Positions 13,850 through 29,919 are shown, counted from the stretch's first letter. The stretch: 64,000 nt of DNA from Octopus vulgaris (GCA_951406725.2 OX597828.1:20708001-20772000); one strand, 5' to 3'. Numbers and translations: made by a program. The notes: generated from the letters alone by a model not told the origin.

Positions 13850-14593
13850 GCAATAGATTCCCTTGGCTATATTTTGAGGGATGGGGCTAATTGATCACAT
13901 GAACCCTCAGAGTTCTGCTGGCACTTAGATTATCAACCCTGAAAAGTATGAAAGGCAAAGTTCACCTAGACAGAATATCATAATAATAATAATATTAATA
14001 ATAAAAATAATAATCCTTTCTGCTAAAGGCATAAGGCCTGAAATTCGGTGGGAGGGGACTAGTCGATTACATCAACCCCAGTGTAGCACTGGTACTTAAT
14101 TTATCAACCCCCGAAAGGATGAAAGGCAAAGTCGACCTTAGCCTGGCGTGCTAACGATTCTACAAGCTCGCCGCCTTAATGACAATAATAATAATAATAA
14201 TAATAATAGTAATAGTAGTAGTAGTAGTAGTAGAATATTTAACACACAAAACTGAAATCAAAACCCAAAACAACAGTAAAGCAGTAAATAACAACCCAAT
14301 TATTATCATTATTATTATTATTATAATTATTATTAGTGTATCATTATTTTAGCTAATTATTTTGTTAGCATATTTAGTGTCACTTTTGTTAGTTATTGTA
14401 ACTTAATAATTACTATGCTGTTGCTTTATCGGTGGCTTTTCTCTTTTGTTTTATATATTGTTGTTAAATATTTTATCATTCATAAGTCAATGACATTCAT
14501 TCATCAAAATAATCCAATGTCCATGAAGTTCTTTGATTGGTGATTCGTAGGTAGTTATTTCCCTTCCTTGGGACTCGTTTTTTTATATATTTA

Positions 14594-14636
<43 letters not shown>

Positions 14637-15008
14637 TTTCTGCAATTCCTTCCCCTCAAAACTTGAATTAAATCACCTCAAACACTTGCTTGGTAAATTA
14701 CTCCTTGTTCAGTCCTGATCTATCACAATAAATATAACAGCATATTAATATTATTATTATTATTATTATTATTATCAAATATGAATGAACATTGATTCTA
14801 CTATTGTTAATAAAATTATTATTAATATCAATTATAGCTTTATTTTTTTTTTTTACTGTTTTGTTTTTTCATTGCTTCATTTAATTTTTTGGCCCAGCTC
14901 ATTAGATTTATACTATGGAATAAAATTACAACAACAACAACAACTAAAACAATGATATCAACGATATAAATAATAATGACGATGATGATAATCACAATAA
15001 TAATAATA

Positions 15009-15064
<56 letters not shown>

Positions 15065-15328
15065 TTCTAGCAAGGGCACAAGGCCACAAGGCTGGCAGAG
15101 AAACAACAAGTGACTGATTTGACTTTTGATAAATTGATTAAGCCAGCATTTGATAATAATAATAATAATAATAATATTAATAATAATAATGATAATGATA
15201 ATAATAATAATTGAAAGATCAATTATAATGATAACAATAAAAAGTGCGAATAATAATAAAAGTAATAAATAACAATAATAATAGTGATTTCTTTATTTAG
15301 AGTAATAATGATAATATTCATCAATATG

Positions 15329-15379
<51 letters not shown>

Positions 15380-15907
15380 CATAGAATCCACCATAATAAT
15401 AATAATAATTATAATGATAATAATAATAATTATTATTATTATAATAGTAATAATAATAATAATATGACATGCAATAAGAGAGAATAAATTTCAATTGATA
15501 GAACTTTTGGGGTGTAAATGGTGGCCTGTAGATTTGTCATGGCTCTCACACATGGAAACTGTTAGAAGCTGCCCGTGTTGGTTTTTGGCCAACCAAAATA
15601 CAATTATAAATGTGTATGCATGTATGTATGTACAGATATATGTGTGTGTGCATGTGTGTGTATGTGTGTGTGTGCATGTGTGTGTACGTGTGTGTGTGCA
15701 TGAGTGCATGTATGTATATATATACATATATATATATATGTATGATTATATATACATATACACATACATATGTATGCCTGCATGTGTGTGTGTGTTTGCA
15801 TGCATGTATACACACACAGGCACACAGACACATGCACACGCAAACATTTAGTAAAAGAAAATATATCACAATTCTCACTATCATCATCATCAACACTATA
15901 GTTAAAA

Positions 15908-15953
<46 letters not shown>

Positions 15954-16681
15954 CATTATTATTATTATCATAACTACCATTACTATAATTACTTCTATTA
16001 TTAGTTTATCATTAAAACTGAAGAAATTCAAAATTGATATTTAGTTATTGATTTGGTATTGATCTTTTGTGGGTTGTGAGGGGGAGGGGAAGGGAGTGTT
16101 GAGGATGAGAGAGGGCAGCAGGAAGGGGGGAAAGGAGGGGGGTTCATTAGGGTAGTAATGTCGAAGTTGGGAGAGGGGGTGAGGTGGAGCGAGGTGTGGG
16201 GTGGGGTGGGGTGAGGGCGTTGTGTTTAGATAAAATCTATTCCGAAGTTTTTTAAGTATTTTCATTGATTCAGAAAATAGCTGGAGTAACATCAAATCAG
16301 GTTGAAGAGATGTGCACACATGAATACAACATACACAAATATATATATATATACATAAATATATATACATATATATATATACATATATATATTTATATAT
16401 ATATATATATATACATAAATATACATATATATATATATATATATATACATATATATATGAATATATCTATATATATATATATACCTATATATATATATGA
16501 ATATATCTATATCTATATATATATATATATATACAGATATATATATAGATATGTGAATATATATATTTATATATATATATACATATATATAGATATATAC
16601 ATAGATATATATATCCATATATATACACAAATCATATATATATACATACATATACACACACATATATATACATATATATAA

Positions 16682-16717
<36 letters not shown>

Positions 16718-17091
16718 AATATATACATATAAATATATATACATATATATATTCATACATATATATATACACGTTTATATGCATATATATACATACATAT
16801 ATGATATTTGCATGCATATATATAATACATGCACATGCACACATGCAGATATGCATAAACCCTTGCACAACCATACTTTGCACAAATATGTGCTGTAGCT
16901 GTCATCTTCATTACTATTTTTACATCTCCTCTTGCATAACGGGCATGGGTTAGGTGGATCATGAGGACCATGGAGTTACTGTCTCAGCTAGATTGTCCAA
17001 GGACAACTCATCCATAGGCTCTATAAATGTACATAGATAAATGTTTCTGTGTATGTTAGTGTGTGTGTCTATATATATATATATATGTATG

Positions 17092-17147
<56 letters not shown>

Positions 17148-17411
17148 CACACACACACACATTTACATATATAGACAACGCTTAAGATATATATGTGTGT
17201 GTGTATAGATACACACACAAAAATACATATGTACATATATACATACACACACACACATATATATAAGCATATATATATATATATACTAAATGTGTATGTA
17301 TGTGTGTGTATATATATATATATATATATACACACACATATATATACACACACACACATATATATACACACACATATATACAAGCACATACACAAAGACG
17401 CACACACGCAC

Positions 17412-17442
<31 letters not shown>

Positions 17443-17865
17443 TGTGTGTGCATGTTTGTGTAAATAAAAAGAATTTTGTCAGATACTTCGTCATGTCTGC
17501 CATCCACCACTCTCAATCATAATAATAATAATGATTCTTTGTACTATAGACACAAGGCCTGAAATTTGGGGGAGGGAGACTAGTCGATTACATCAACCCC
17601 AGTATTTCACTGGTACTTATTTTATCAACCCCAAAAGGACGAAAGGAAAAGTTGACCTTGGCAGAATTTGAAGTCAGAACGTAGCGACAGACGAAATACC
17701 GCTAAGTATTTCACCCGATTTGCTAACAATTCTGCCAGCTCACTGCCTTCTTAGTAATAATAATAATAATAATAATAATGATAATAATAATGGTAATGTT
17801 AATAATATTCTCAGATTCCAAACAAAGAACATGAATAAAAAGAATAAACAATACTGCATCATAAC

Positions 17866-17917
<52 letters not shown>

Positions 17918-20856
17918 GTTTCAAATTTCAGTACAAGGCCCTTGATTTTGAGGGAAGTGAGGCAAATACTGATTTCTTACAATGACATAAGTGCACAAGA
18001 CCCTTGAAGGGGGCAGGGAAGGACATGCAGTTGCTTGTTTCCACAAGAGTAAGCGACCATTATTTTACTTTATAATTGACCTTCCACTGGGGGCAGATGC
18101 ACAGTGACTATCAAACCCCCTTTTCTGTGGAATTTGAATTTGAACACAGACCATAGAGAATTCTTTAAAAACATGACTCGCAAAACCATTCCCTATGGAT
18201 TCAGTCTAGCATTCTACTATCTCTGCCAATTCAATGCCTTAATAAATATAGCAATATTAATGAAAAACAATATATGTCATGAAGCCATATATTTTAGGGG
18301 ATAGGGGTTTAGTCAATTAAACTGGCCCTGTACCTGATTGGTTCCTTATTTCATCAACATTCGTGCAAGAATTAAAGATACAGTTGACCTCAGCATAATT
18401 TGAACACAGAATGTAATGATTTGTATCTAAATAATGCAAGGTATTTCGTTCACCACTCTATAGATACTACCAATTCATGTACCTCAAGTTTTGGCACAAG
18501 GCCAGCAATTTTTTAAAGAGTGGTTAAATTGATTACAATGACGTCAGTATACAACTGGTACTTATTTTATCATCTCCAAAATGGTGAAGAGCAAGGTTGA
18601 TTTTGGTGGCATTTGAACTCAGAATGTTGCGATGGATGAAACGCTGCTAAGCATTTTGCCTGGCATGTTAAGAGTTCTGCCAACTCACAGCTTATGCCAA
18701 CTCACAGATAATAATGATAATAACTGTTTCAAATTTTCACTAAGTACCAGTAGTGATAGGAACAGGTGTAAGTCGGTCACATTGACCCTAGTATTCAACT
18801 AATACTTTAATTCTATTGACCCCAAAAGGATAAAAGGCAAAGCTGACCCCAGTAAGACTTGAACTCACAAACTAAAAAAGCTGAGGAAATTTCAATAAGC
18901 ATTTTGTCCAATGCATTAACGATTCTGTCAGCTTGCCACATTTTTAACAATATAATTTTCAAAACATCGGCAAATCTGTATTTCATTTATTCAGGGTCAG
19001 ATAAAATACCTTTCAGTATTTAATTAGTCCTTTTATTGTCTCGGAGTTCAAATCCTCGTCAGAGCAAGCTCTGTTTTTTTGCCTTCCAGGGGTTGATAAA
19101 ATATATCAAATAATGAGGTATTACTAGGTTTTATTTAAACAGTTAACCGTTTTTCCTAAATTTCTGGTTTTCAGACTCTTTTAGTAATCAATTAATAAAA
19201 CTGTTACATTGCCAAAGAATGGGTGAACGGATTTTACTTCTTCATGCATTCCTTGCCAATATCATCATCATTTAATGTCCATTTTCCATGCTAGCATGGG
19301 TTGGACATTTAATCTGGAACCCACAAGCCAGAGGTCTGCATTGAGCTTCAATGTCTATTTTGGCATGATTTCAGCAGCTAGATGCCCACCCCTCCAGGAA
19401 CTGTATAATGGATTGGCAGAAATATTGGAGTGCTGGAATAAAATATCTTGCAACATGTTCTGGTACTTTACATTCTAAGTTTACATCTCATCAAGTTTGA
19501 CTTTGCCTTCCATCCTTCTGAAGTCAATAGAATAAAGAACCAGCTAGTCCAAAACTAGGGTCAATGTAATCAACAAATAAACTAGCCCCTCCCCTCAAAA
19601 ATTCAGGTTTTGTGCCTAAAGTAGAAACAATTATCAGCACTGTTATGTTGCTAAACATTGTTTGACTGAATTCACAGGTTCAAGCATTCCTTGCCAATAA
19701 CATTTGTTAATTTCCCCTCCAGGGACAGTATTTAGGACATCATAAGTTAAATTTGAACAAAAAAAATTAGACTTCCACCTTTTTGTGTTTTTCTGACACT
19801 GATAAGAATCCTATACAGGTAAATGGATGCTAAAATATTTAATAACATTCATTTATTTACCTGTATGTAAGGAATATAATAATCCTTAACTGGGATCAGA
19901 TAAGGTTGAATGTGGTGGCAGAAATAATATATGGTTTCCAGTTCAATCTTCAGTGTGGGAGAGTAGAAGGGTGGTTTATTAAAACTGGTACTGCATCATT
20001 TACACGACGAGGGTTCCTGTTGATCTGATCAAAGGAACAGCTTGCTCATGGAATTAACATGCAAGTAGCTGAGCCCTCCACAGACACGTGTACCCTTAAT
20101 TGTTGTCAGGGAGATCCAGCATGACACAGAGTGTGACAAAGCTGGCTCTTTGAAATACAGGTACAACTCATTTTTGCCGGCTGAGTGGACTGGAGCAACG
20201 TGAAATAAAGTGCCTTGCTCAAGAACACAACGCGGTGCCAGGTATTGAACTCATGACCTTACGATTGTGAGCTGAATACCCTAACCACTAAGCCATGTGC
20301 TTTCACACTGCGGTTTATTAAATAACTGATTAAACCCATCTCGATGTTGATTGATCACTGGCAGAGGTTAAAATTTATCCCCTATTAATGGGGGGGGGGA
20401 TGCAGCTGTTATGTCAGTGATGGTAGGTGTCTCTTGTTACTCAGTGGAGCACATCAACCTGATGGTGATGGACTACATGTATGTGTGAGGCAAGTCTAAT
20501 ATACAATGGGATGAGCAGCCAGCACACAGGCAACCAGTGTTCAGGGGTATGACAGTTAGTTGTGAAGTCCACTCAGTGTTACAAAAGATTCATCCACAGA
20601 TTCAAAATCTCCACCCATGGGTTAAAAAGATACACCCATAGTTCTCAAAGACACACCCATAAGTTGTTTTCTTAATATTTTTAATACCAGTCTGTTTCAA
20701 AAACTCCACCCACATTTAAAGAACTCCACCCACATTTCCAAAAACTCCACCCACACTTTCAAAAATCCCACCAATCATTTCAGACAAGAAACATACTTTT
20801 ACAACAAACACAGCCCAAACTGTTATCTAATAATAATAATAATAATAATAATAATG

Positions 20857-20911
<55 letters not shown>

Positions 20912-21290
20912 CAACAACAACAACAACAATAAAACAATAATTTCAAATTTTGGCGCAAGGCATGCAATTTTAGGGAAGGGAGTAAGTCGATTACATCGAC
21001 ACCAGTATATCACTGGTACTTAATTTATCGACCCCCAAAATGATGAAAGGCTAAGTCGATCTCAGCGGAATTTGAACTCAGAGCATAAAAACGAATTCTG
21101 TCAGCTCACCGCCTTAATAATAATGGTGGTTTCAAATTTTGCCACAAGGGCAGCCATTTCCGGGAAGGGGATGAATTGATTACATCGACCCCAGTGCATC
21201 ACTGGTACTTGATTAATCGACCCCAAAAGGATGGAAGGTTAAGTTGACCTCTGAGGAATTTGAACTTAGAGCCTAAAGTTGAATTCTGCC

Positions 21291-21327
<37 letters not shown>

Positions 21328-21559
21328 CAATAAAAAATAACAATAACGAAAATAATAACAATAATAAAAATAATAATGATTTCTTCCATGTTTTAATAAT
21401 TAATATTTTCTTACAAAATAATAATAATATCAATAATGATAATAATTTTTTACTGTGTGTAAAATGGACAATTGACTTCAAGTGATTTCCTAACGAAATC
21501 AAAACAAAAAAAAAGAGAAAAATCAAAACAAAACAAAAAAAAACAACAGTAATAATAAT

Positions 21560-21597
<38 letters not shown>

Positions 21598-21868
21598 CAT
21601 AGGCACAATGCCAGAAATATGTTGAAAAGAGAGAGTGAGAGTGAAAGAAAGAGGGAAAGAGAGGGTATATCTGATTATGATTAATCCAACCCACCCACTC
21701 CCTCTCTCCCCAATTTATGACTGGTACATTATTTTTATCAACCTTACAGAAGAAAGAAAAGACAAAGTCAAACCCAGTGAGATTTAATAATAATAATAAT
21801 AATAATAATAATTATGACGAAACAATACTGAGAATGGAGGGGGGGGTTATAAAACAACAACAAATAAC

Positions 21869-21899
<31 letters not shown>

Positions 21900-22146
21900 G
21901 TTTCAAATTTTGGCACAAGGCCAGCAATTTCGAAGAAGGGGTAAGTCGATTATGTTGACTCATGTTCAACTGGTGCTTACTTTACCGACCCCCCCCAAAA
22001 GGATGAAAGAAATAACAATGATAATAATAATAATAAGATAATTTCATTGCACATCGAGAAAATAGTGTCTCTTAAGACAAAAATGGTAGGGGAATGAGAA
22101 GGGGGCACAAAAGGGGAATGGAGAAGAATGGGAAAAGAAATATAAA

Positions 22147-22221
<75 letters not shown>

Positions 22222-22371
22222 GGAGCTACACGATGAATTACAGTAAATGTTGTTGTTGAAAGGCTGAGTTGACCTTGGTGGGATTGGAACTCAGAAAGTA
22301 AAGAGCCGGAACAAATAAGCGCAAGGCATTTCTTTTTCTGATGCTCTAACAATTCTGCCAGTCCCCTGCCG

Positions 22372-22413
<42 letters not shown>

Positions 22414-22880
22414 GAGATGGTGATGATGATGGTTTTTGGTTTAGACACAAGGTCAGAAATTCAGGGACAGGGGAGAAGCTAAGTCGATTAAATGGAATCC
22501 AGTAGTTGACTGGTGCTTTTATTTTATCAAACCCTATAAGGATGAGCAATAATAATAATAATAATAATAATAATGATATTAATAATAACGATGATGATGA
22601 TAATAAAAGCAACAACATTAACAAATAATGATTAAAAAAAGAGGATTGATTGGTAGCGGGGGTGGGAGAGAAACAGTTCTTTTCTCTTTCTTTCGTTTTT
22701 TGTTTTTGTTTTAGCATAGGCGACAAGCCTTCACATTTCAAGAATAAAAGAGTAAATAGAAGGAAAAAAAAAAACACATTCATGCATTTCCAAAAATTGG
22801 TTAGCGCCATAAGAAAAATAGTTCCAAGTGGAAACTCGTAAATCAATTTACTGCCACATCACAATATTGCCTACATTAGC

Positions 22881-22923
<43 letters not shown>

Positions 22924-23400
22924 TGGATAATTATAATTACTACCATTTCAAATTTTGGCACAAGGCCAGCAATTTTAGGAAGGTGAGGGGCTTAAACAAT
23001 TACATTAAGTCCAGCTCTTGGCTGGTACTTTATTTTATTGACCCTGAAAGGATGAAAGGCAAAGTTCAGCTCAGCAGCATTTGAGCTCAAAAAAGAAAAT
23101 AGAAAAAAAAAAAACATAAAAAGCCAGAGGAAATGCTGCTAACCATTTTGTCCAAAGTCTGTCAATTCACCACCTTGATTTAGCAATAATTCTCTCTACA
23201 ATAGGCACGAGGCCTGAAATTTTGAGGGGAGGGGCTAGTTGATTACAATGAACTTAATGCTCAGTTTGAAAGGATGAAAGCCAAAGATGACATTTGAACT
23301 CAGAAATGGAAACAACGAGAAAAATGCCATTGAGAATTTGGTCCAAAATGCTAACAAATTCTGCCAAATCGTTGCCTTAACAACAACAATAATAATAATG

Positions 23401-23442
<42 letters not shown>

Positions 23443-24100
23443 GTGGTTTCAAATTTTGCCATATGGCTTGCAATATCAAGGAAGGGGCAAGTTGATTATG
23501 TTGACTCCAGTGTTAAACTGGTGCTTATTTTATCGACTCTGAAAGAATGAGAGGCAATGTTGGCCTCCGCAGAATTTCAACTGAGACAGAGAAACTGTGA
23601 GAGAGAAATTGTTGCTAAGCATTTTGTTCAACAGGCTAACAATTCTGCCAGCTTGCCACTTTAATAATAATAATAAGGATAATAATAATAATAATAATAA
23701 GAGCTTTAGTATAGGCACAAAGCCATAAAATTTCCTTTTTTTATTTATTTTGAAAGGGAAGGAAGTGAGAGCAGTCAGTTGCCTCAAACCAGTATATGAC
23801 TGGTACTTCATTTTATCAAACACAAAGAAAAAATGGGTGAGGGACAAATTTGACCTAGGCAGAGTTTGAACTCACAGAACATAAAACACCAGGGCAAATA
23901 CGTCTGATGCTTTATCAATTCTGAAAATCCACTGCTTAACAAGTAATAATAATAATAATATTGATAATAATAATTTCTAACAAACGGCCAGAAATTTGGG
24001 GAAAGATGAATAGATACATATATTGCCTCTACCCCCAATATTTAACTGGTATCTTATTTTATCAATGGCAGGCAAAGTCAAGCTCTTGAACTCAGAGTTA
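13850..24100 (-). mobile_element. Cluster of family A SINE copies with (AAT)n spacers
   Basis: Repeated ggcacaaggcc...actggtac...aaaggatgaaaggcaaagtcgacc...gaatttgaactcag...ctcgccgcctt, e.g. near 14013, 17535, 18487, 18725, 20940, 21128, 21898, 22945, 23190, 23445 and 23705. Two plus-strand copies lie near 19040 and 19400. Boundaries approximate. Confidence 0.8.
20010..20307 (-). mobile_element. tRNA-derived SINE family C
   Basis: Reverse complement of ...tggcttagtggttagggtattcagctcac...gagttcaatacc...cttgagcaag...ctccagtccactcagc. Related copies near 41991(+), 43735(+), 55190-55470(-) and 59388(+). Confidence 0.7.
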
Positions 24101-25084
24101 CATAAAAGGGTGCAACTCTTATGGTGTCAGATAAATTCATTCGTTTTTTTCTTTTCTTTTTTGTGTGTTTCTTTTTACCATTTGTTCTAATCTTTTTCAA
24201 TGTTACTTGAATTAACATGGAACAAAATTTCATCAGTGTTTTATACGATTTTTTGTAGCTTTATTCTTCTTCTGCAACTTTAGTTGACCATTTATGAAAT
24301 TTGAATAAATTTTACCTTTTTACAGACATACAATGATGGAATGTCAAATAGAAACAGAAAAAAGTAATCAATTTATCTGACAGCCCAATAAATATCTTCA
24401 TAACATTTTTTGTCCAATGCTCAAAGAGCAATTCCACCAATTTTCCAATAACCTACCAATGGTGACCAAATATTCCATATTTTGACTTATTCACTAATTA
24501 ATCAATGAGTCAAACTTGGGGCACTTTTGGTGGGTGAAAAAAAGGTGAATTGGATCCTCATCCTCATTTTCCATCAGCACCCACCACAAGGGGTTATCAA
24601 TTCAAAGGAAAGGAGATAGTTTAATACAACATGAGGTTTTATATGGGGTATCAAGGTGTTGGTCTTTAGGGTGTTTTTGTAAAATCCTACACCTTTAAAG
24701 CAATTATACCAATAAAAATAAAAACAATAATAATAATAATAATAATAATAATAATCACAATTACAATGAATGAAATAAAACAAAATATATATGTGTATGT
24801 GTGTGTATGTACGCAAAATGTATATACATCAACATATCTGAGTTTGAGTATGCAAGCACATATTATATATATGTATGCATGTGTATATATATATATATAT
24901 ATATATACATATTATGACAGTTAATTTGATGTATGTCTTCATGCATGCATGTGTATGTTAATACTATACATATGTATGCATATAATATATATACCTAAGT
25001 TTACTTAGTGTATATATATTTCTGTCATACCTTTTTGACTTACAAACACGACATACAAATTATTCATACCATTATATATACATA

Positions 25085-25138
<54 letters not shown>

Positions 25139-25496
25139 CATATATGTTCATTATATCCACATTCATACCAATACATCATCACACATTAACATGCACGCAT
25201 GTTTGGATTGGGTATATGAATAAAGACTTGTTTAAGCACAGCTCGACATCAGAATAGTCAGTAAACGCTCTAGTCACAAGTATTTAATCAAACATATTAG
25301 ATGTGTGCTGCATGATTAAATAGATTTTGTTGACAGATTTATTGGCAAATATAAGGACATGTATATGCATATATATACACACACATATATATATTCATAA
25401 TCATGTATGTGCATGTACATAGATACATACATTATATATATGTATGTATGTAAATATATGATGTGTGTACATATATATACATATTATAAACATACC

Positions 25497-25527
<31 letters not shown>

Positions 25528-25572
25528 AATATATGATGTGTGTATATATATACATATTATAAACATACCATA

Positions 25573-25608
<36 letters not shown>

Positions 25609-26066
25609 TGTATGTATGCATGCATGTATGTGTCCATTTTACATCCATTTTTCCATGCTTAGTCCCACCACACAGTCATATACACACACCTGTATATGGC
25701 CACGTATGTATAATATTTAAATTGCAATAACAGTTGTTGTTAGAATAACAAAACCATATGTTCTTCCTTGGCAAAATTTTGACCAATCGTAACAACTGAT
25801 TTATGACTGCTCACTCTATCTTTGCTTTGCTTCCTGTAATTCTTTTCCCTATTCTTCCGAAGAGTAGCCATTTTTTTAAAGTCAGTTTTTTAAAAATCCA
25901 AGTTTTAAAATGGCAACTGGCAAAAAAACAACTTTTTTAAAAAACAATCATTCATGCCATGTGATGATATACCTGTGCATGTATTTGTCTACCGATGTAT
26001 GTTTGTGTGCTTAAATATACAAGAATTTTTATTTCTATGTGCTTATATACATACACAAATATGCAA

Positions 26067-26102
<36 letters not shown>

Positions 26103-26450
26103 CTGTGTGTCTTAGTGCATATATGTACATATGCTTGCACACACAGACACATACTGACACACACACATAAATATATATCATAAATACAGAGAGAGAAAAA
26201 CATATCTTTAATTGTAGAATTCACCTTACAAAGCCAACAATTGTTTCTCTTGTATCTGTATTTTTCTTGTTTAGTACTCTGAATTTCTCAAAATTCTTCT
26301 AAATGATATTTGAATCTACTTGTCACACACGAGGAATTACCTTGGATATTTAGTTACTAGTGTCTGAATGTTTGATAAAATTAAATTTGTTTAAAACTAA
26401 GTGCTTTATTGATATCTGCCTGGACTTGAATTTTTAATCCTTTTTTACTT

Positions 26451-26483
<33 letters not shown>

Positions 26484-26491
<8 letters not shown>

Positions 26492-26783
26492 GTAGGGATA
26501 AGGAAGTTAGACAGGTCAATATATAAAATATATTATATATATGAAATACAAAAAATGTATATATAAAAAGGTTCGACTCACACACAATACAAATGATATA
26601 GAGAGTTAGGCCTTTTTATATGTATACATATAAACATAGTTTCATGTATTTTATATAACTTAAATATTGATCTGTCTAACTTGCTCAACCCTACATTTAT
26701 TTTTGTACCTGCTCAAGTTTAAAACTATTGAGTATTACAAAGTGTCTTCTACATGGAGAATATCTGATTCTCATCTATGAACT
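26484..26783. mobile_element. Degenerate fold-back element in (TA)n
   Basis: aaataaatgtaggg..aagttagacaggtcaatat is inverted against atattgatctgtctaactt..ccctacatttattt; TA repeats on both sides. Confidence 0.55.
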
Positions 26784-28513
26784 ATATATATACGTGTAAA
26801 TGATATGTTTGGGTATGATTCTAAGGGTAAAAGAAGCAATAATCTGTTGAATGCATACTATTTGTGGGGTCGAGTTTACAAAGCCTACGCCAACTATGTA
26901 AGCTGAGGAGTGGAGGTAGGTGTACTAAAAAAGCCGTTTTGTGAACACTGGCATTGGATTAAAGTAGGTGTCCAAGTGGATGACCGAATTACTCAGTAGA
27001 CGCAAACAGCAGGTTGACCACCCTTTACCACTCTTCATGTCCTCTCAGAATGCTAGGCAGCCACTGGGATTGTTTGTATCAAATCATACCATGGCTTTCG
27101 ATGGTATGGTACAGAAGGTATTTGTATATGTGAGAATGTATGAAAATATACATAGATGTATGCGTGAGTGTGTGTATATATATACATACATACGTATATG
27201 TATATACATACATATATATATATGAATAACAATATACACATATACACACACAGGCATGTATGCATGTGTGTGTGTGTATGTATATATATATATATATATT
27301 CACATACACATAGATGTATATATATACATGCAAACATATACATTGATATAAGCACAGACATTTACATATATATATATTATACAAATATATATATATATAA
27401 ATATATAGCAAATATGTTTGGTTCAGAGTGTACATGGCTTGAAAAAACTCCTGTCAACCAATGTCATGTTGTGTTGCTCCTAAATTCTAACATTCTAAAG
27501 CTTTGACAGGTGAAGGACTAAGGAGTCAGGTGTTGTGTATTAATACATCTTACACAAGGCATTTAGTGAAGGAGACTGATTTCTCCAGCAGCCTTTAGAC
27601 GAGTGTGGTTATGTGCTTGTGTCTATGCAGGTAATGGGCTTGGAACAAGTAATGGTGGGGGGAGGTGAAAGTGAGGGTGGAGAAAGAATTAGGGTACTGT
27701 GAGGGAGGGGATTTGTTGGGGGGCAAGTGATAATTGTAGGAATAGATTTCGTGGTATACATACACACATACAAATATATATATACATACATGGACATACA
27801 TGTATATACTTATATATATATATATATACATACACACACATATATGTATATATATACACACATATGCATACATATATACATACATATATGTGCGTATATA
27901 AATATATATATGTACATATATAACACATGCATACACATATACATACATATGTATATATATACACACACACATATACTTATATATATATATATACATACGT
28001 ATATCTGTATATATGTGCACATGCTTAGACATACTCAAAATTACATATCAATATATATAATCAAAATATTGATTTCATAGAAAGATACTTAAATGGATGG
28101 ATACAAAAATACATACATACATACATACACACACATACACATGCACACACATATATATACATATATATATATATCAAGCATAGACGGATTGTCAGACAAT
28201 CAATCAGACACTTTTATGCAATGCAAACAATCAATCGTGCAAACAGGAATTAGCTGTTATTGAGTCCGATGAGCTCTTTCAATCATCGTTTAAAAAAAGA
28301 AAATAAAAAATAATCATAATAATAATATTAATAATAATTAAAAAAAACATTTTTAAAATGAGAAACTTAATTCCCCATTTAAACAGTGAGGGAAGACCAC
28401 AAAGAGTGACAGAGATATCACCCATGGCGTATAAACTCATACACAAATGTGTGTGTATACATATATATATATATATATATAATATTTGTAATGTCTGTGT
28501 GTGTGTGTGTGTT

Positions 28514-28680
28514 TGGATCAAAAGAATTTGACTCAAATTCCTTGGCACTCCAAGTTTCAAAGTGTGAAGCTAATCCTTACCCATTGTAAATCTGAAATTT
28601 GAATTTCCAAAAGCTGAGGATTAGTATCACACTTTGAAACTCTGAGTACCAAGGAATCTGAATCAAACTGTTTTGATCCA
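28514..28680. mobile_element. Degenerate fold-back element with hammerhead-like core
   Basis: Imperfect arms 28514-28579 / 28615-28680; CUGAGGA(28614-20)...GAAA CUC U GAG UA(28648). Confidence 0.5.
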
Positions 28681-28738
28681 CCATGCATGTAACTCCTAAT
28701 AAATGTGGAGTGTCCTACTTTTGTTTGTCCACTCACTC

Positions 28739-28770
<32 letters not shown>

Positions 28771-29677
28771 TGAGACATCAACAAAATATACAAGAAAATT
28801 TCAAGAAAATATAGTGAAAAATACATAACAAAAAAGAATAGGAATTTGATTTTTAAAAAGAATTAATCAAAACACGCAAAAAATCCGATTTTTTTTCAAT
28901 TTCATTTGACATCATCATCAAGAGTAACTAACAATAACAGTAGTAGTAGTAGTAATAATAATAATAATAGTTGTAATAGTAATAGTAGTAGAAATTACTA
29001 ATCAGGGTAGTGATGCTGGTGGTGGAGGTGGTGGTGATGCTGGTGGTGGTAGTGTTTGAGGTGGTATTGGTGGTGTTGGTGGTGGTAGTGGTTGTTGTGG
29101 TAGTGGGAGCGGTGGTGGTAATGGTGGTGCTTTTCGTCGTCATGGGTGGACGGTGGCTTTGCGAAGGTGGCAGAAGCAAGGTCTGTTGAATAGAAGGAGA
29201 AACAGGAGACAGGTGGGTGCATGTGTATGTGTTTGCATGCATGTATGTGTACGTGTGTCTGTGTATGTGTGCACTCATGTGCATGTGTGTGTGTGTGTGG
29301 GCACGTATGTGCATGTGTGTGTGTGGGCACATATGTCGTAGGCTGGAGGAATCTCTCACCAACATCATCACTACTACTTTTACTACTATTACTACTACCA
29401 CAACCATCATAACCACTACCACCACTTCCCCAACCACTACTACCACCACCACCACCACTACTACCAACATCCACCACCACTAACACTGCAGCTGCCATCG
29501 CTCACACTGCCACCACCTCCACAACCACCGCTACCAACACTACCACCACTACCACCACCTTCATCTCTTCTTCCCCTCCTCCCTCACCTCCTCTTCCTCC
29601 TCCTCCGTAAAATCCCCACCCCTCCTGTTCTCCTTCTTCTCTCGCTCTGCCACTGCTGTTGTCGCTGCTGCTGCTGC

Positions 29678-29871
29678 TCAGTCGACATCGACGATGACCT
29701 CGACATAATTTACTGGGAAGTACCCAGTCTGGCCTCGGATGCTACCCTCAAACCAGTTGTCATCTACTTTCTGTATTAGGTCGATGATGTCCCCTTCGGA
29801 GAATCCCAGCTCGCCTTCATTCTCTGGCTCAAAGTCGTACATTGCCTTGCAGCATGGCTTCGGCTTGGTCA
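29678..29871 (-). CDS. EndoA: Endophilin-A terminal coding exon, SH3 domain: (V)[63 protein letters not shown]
   Basis: gttttccag|TG ACC AAG...TGA. Contains the endophilin SH3 motifs [25 protein letters not shown] and G.FP.NYV. Confidence 0.97.
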
Positions 29872-29919
29872 CTGGAAAACAACAAAACAAACAGAGTGTA
29901 AGGCAAGAGTCGGATGTGT

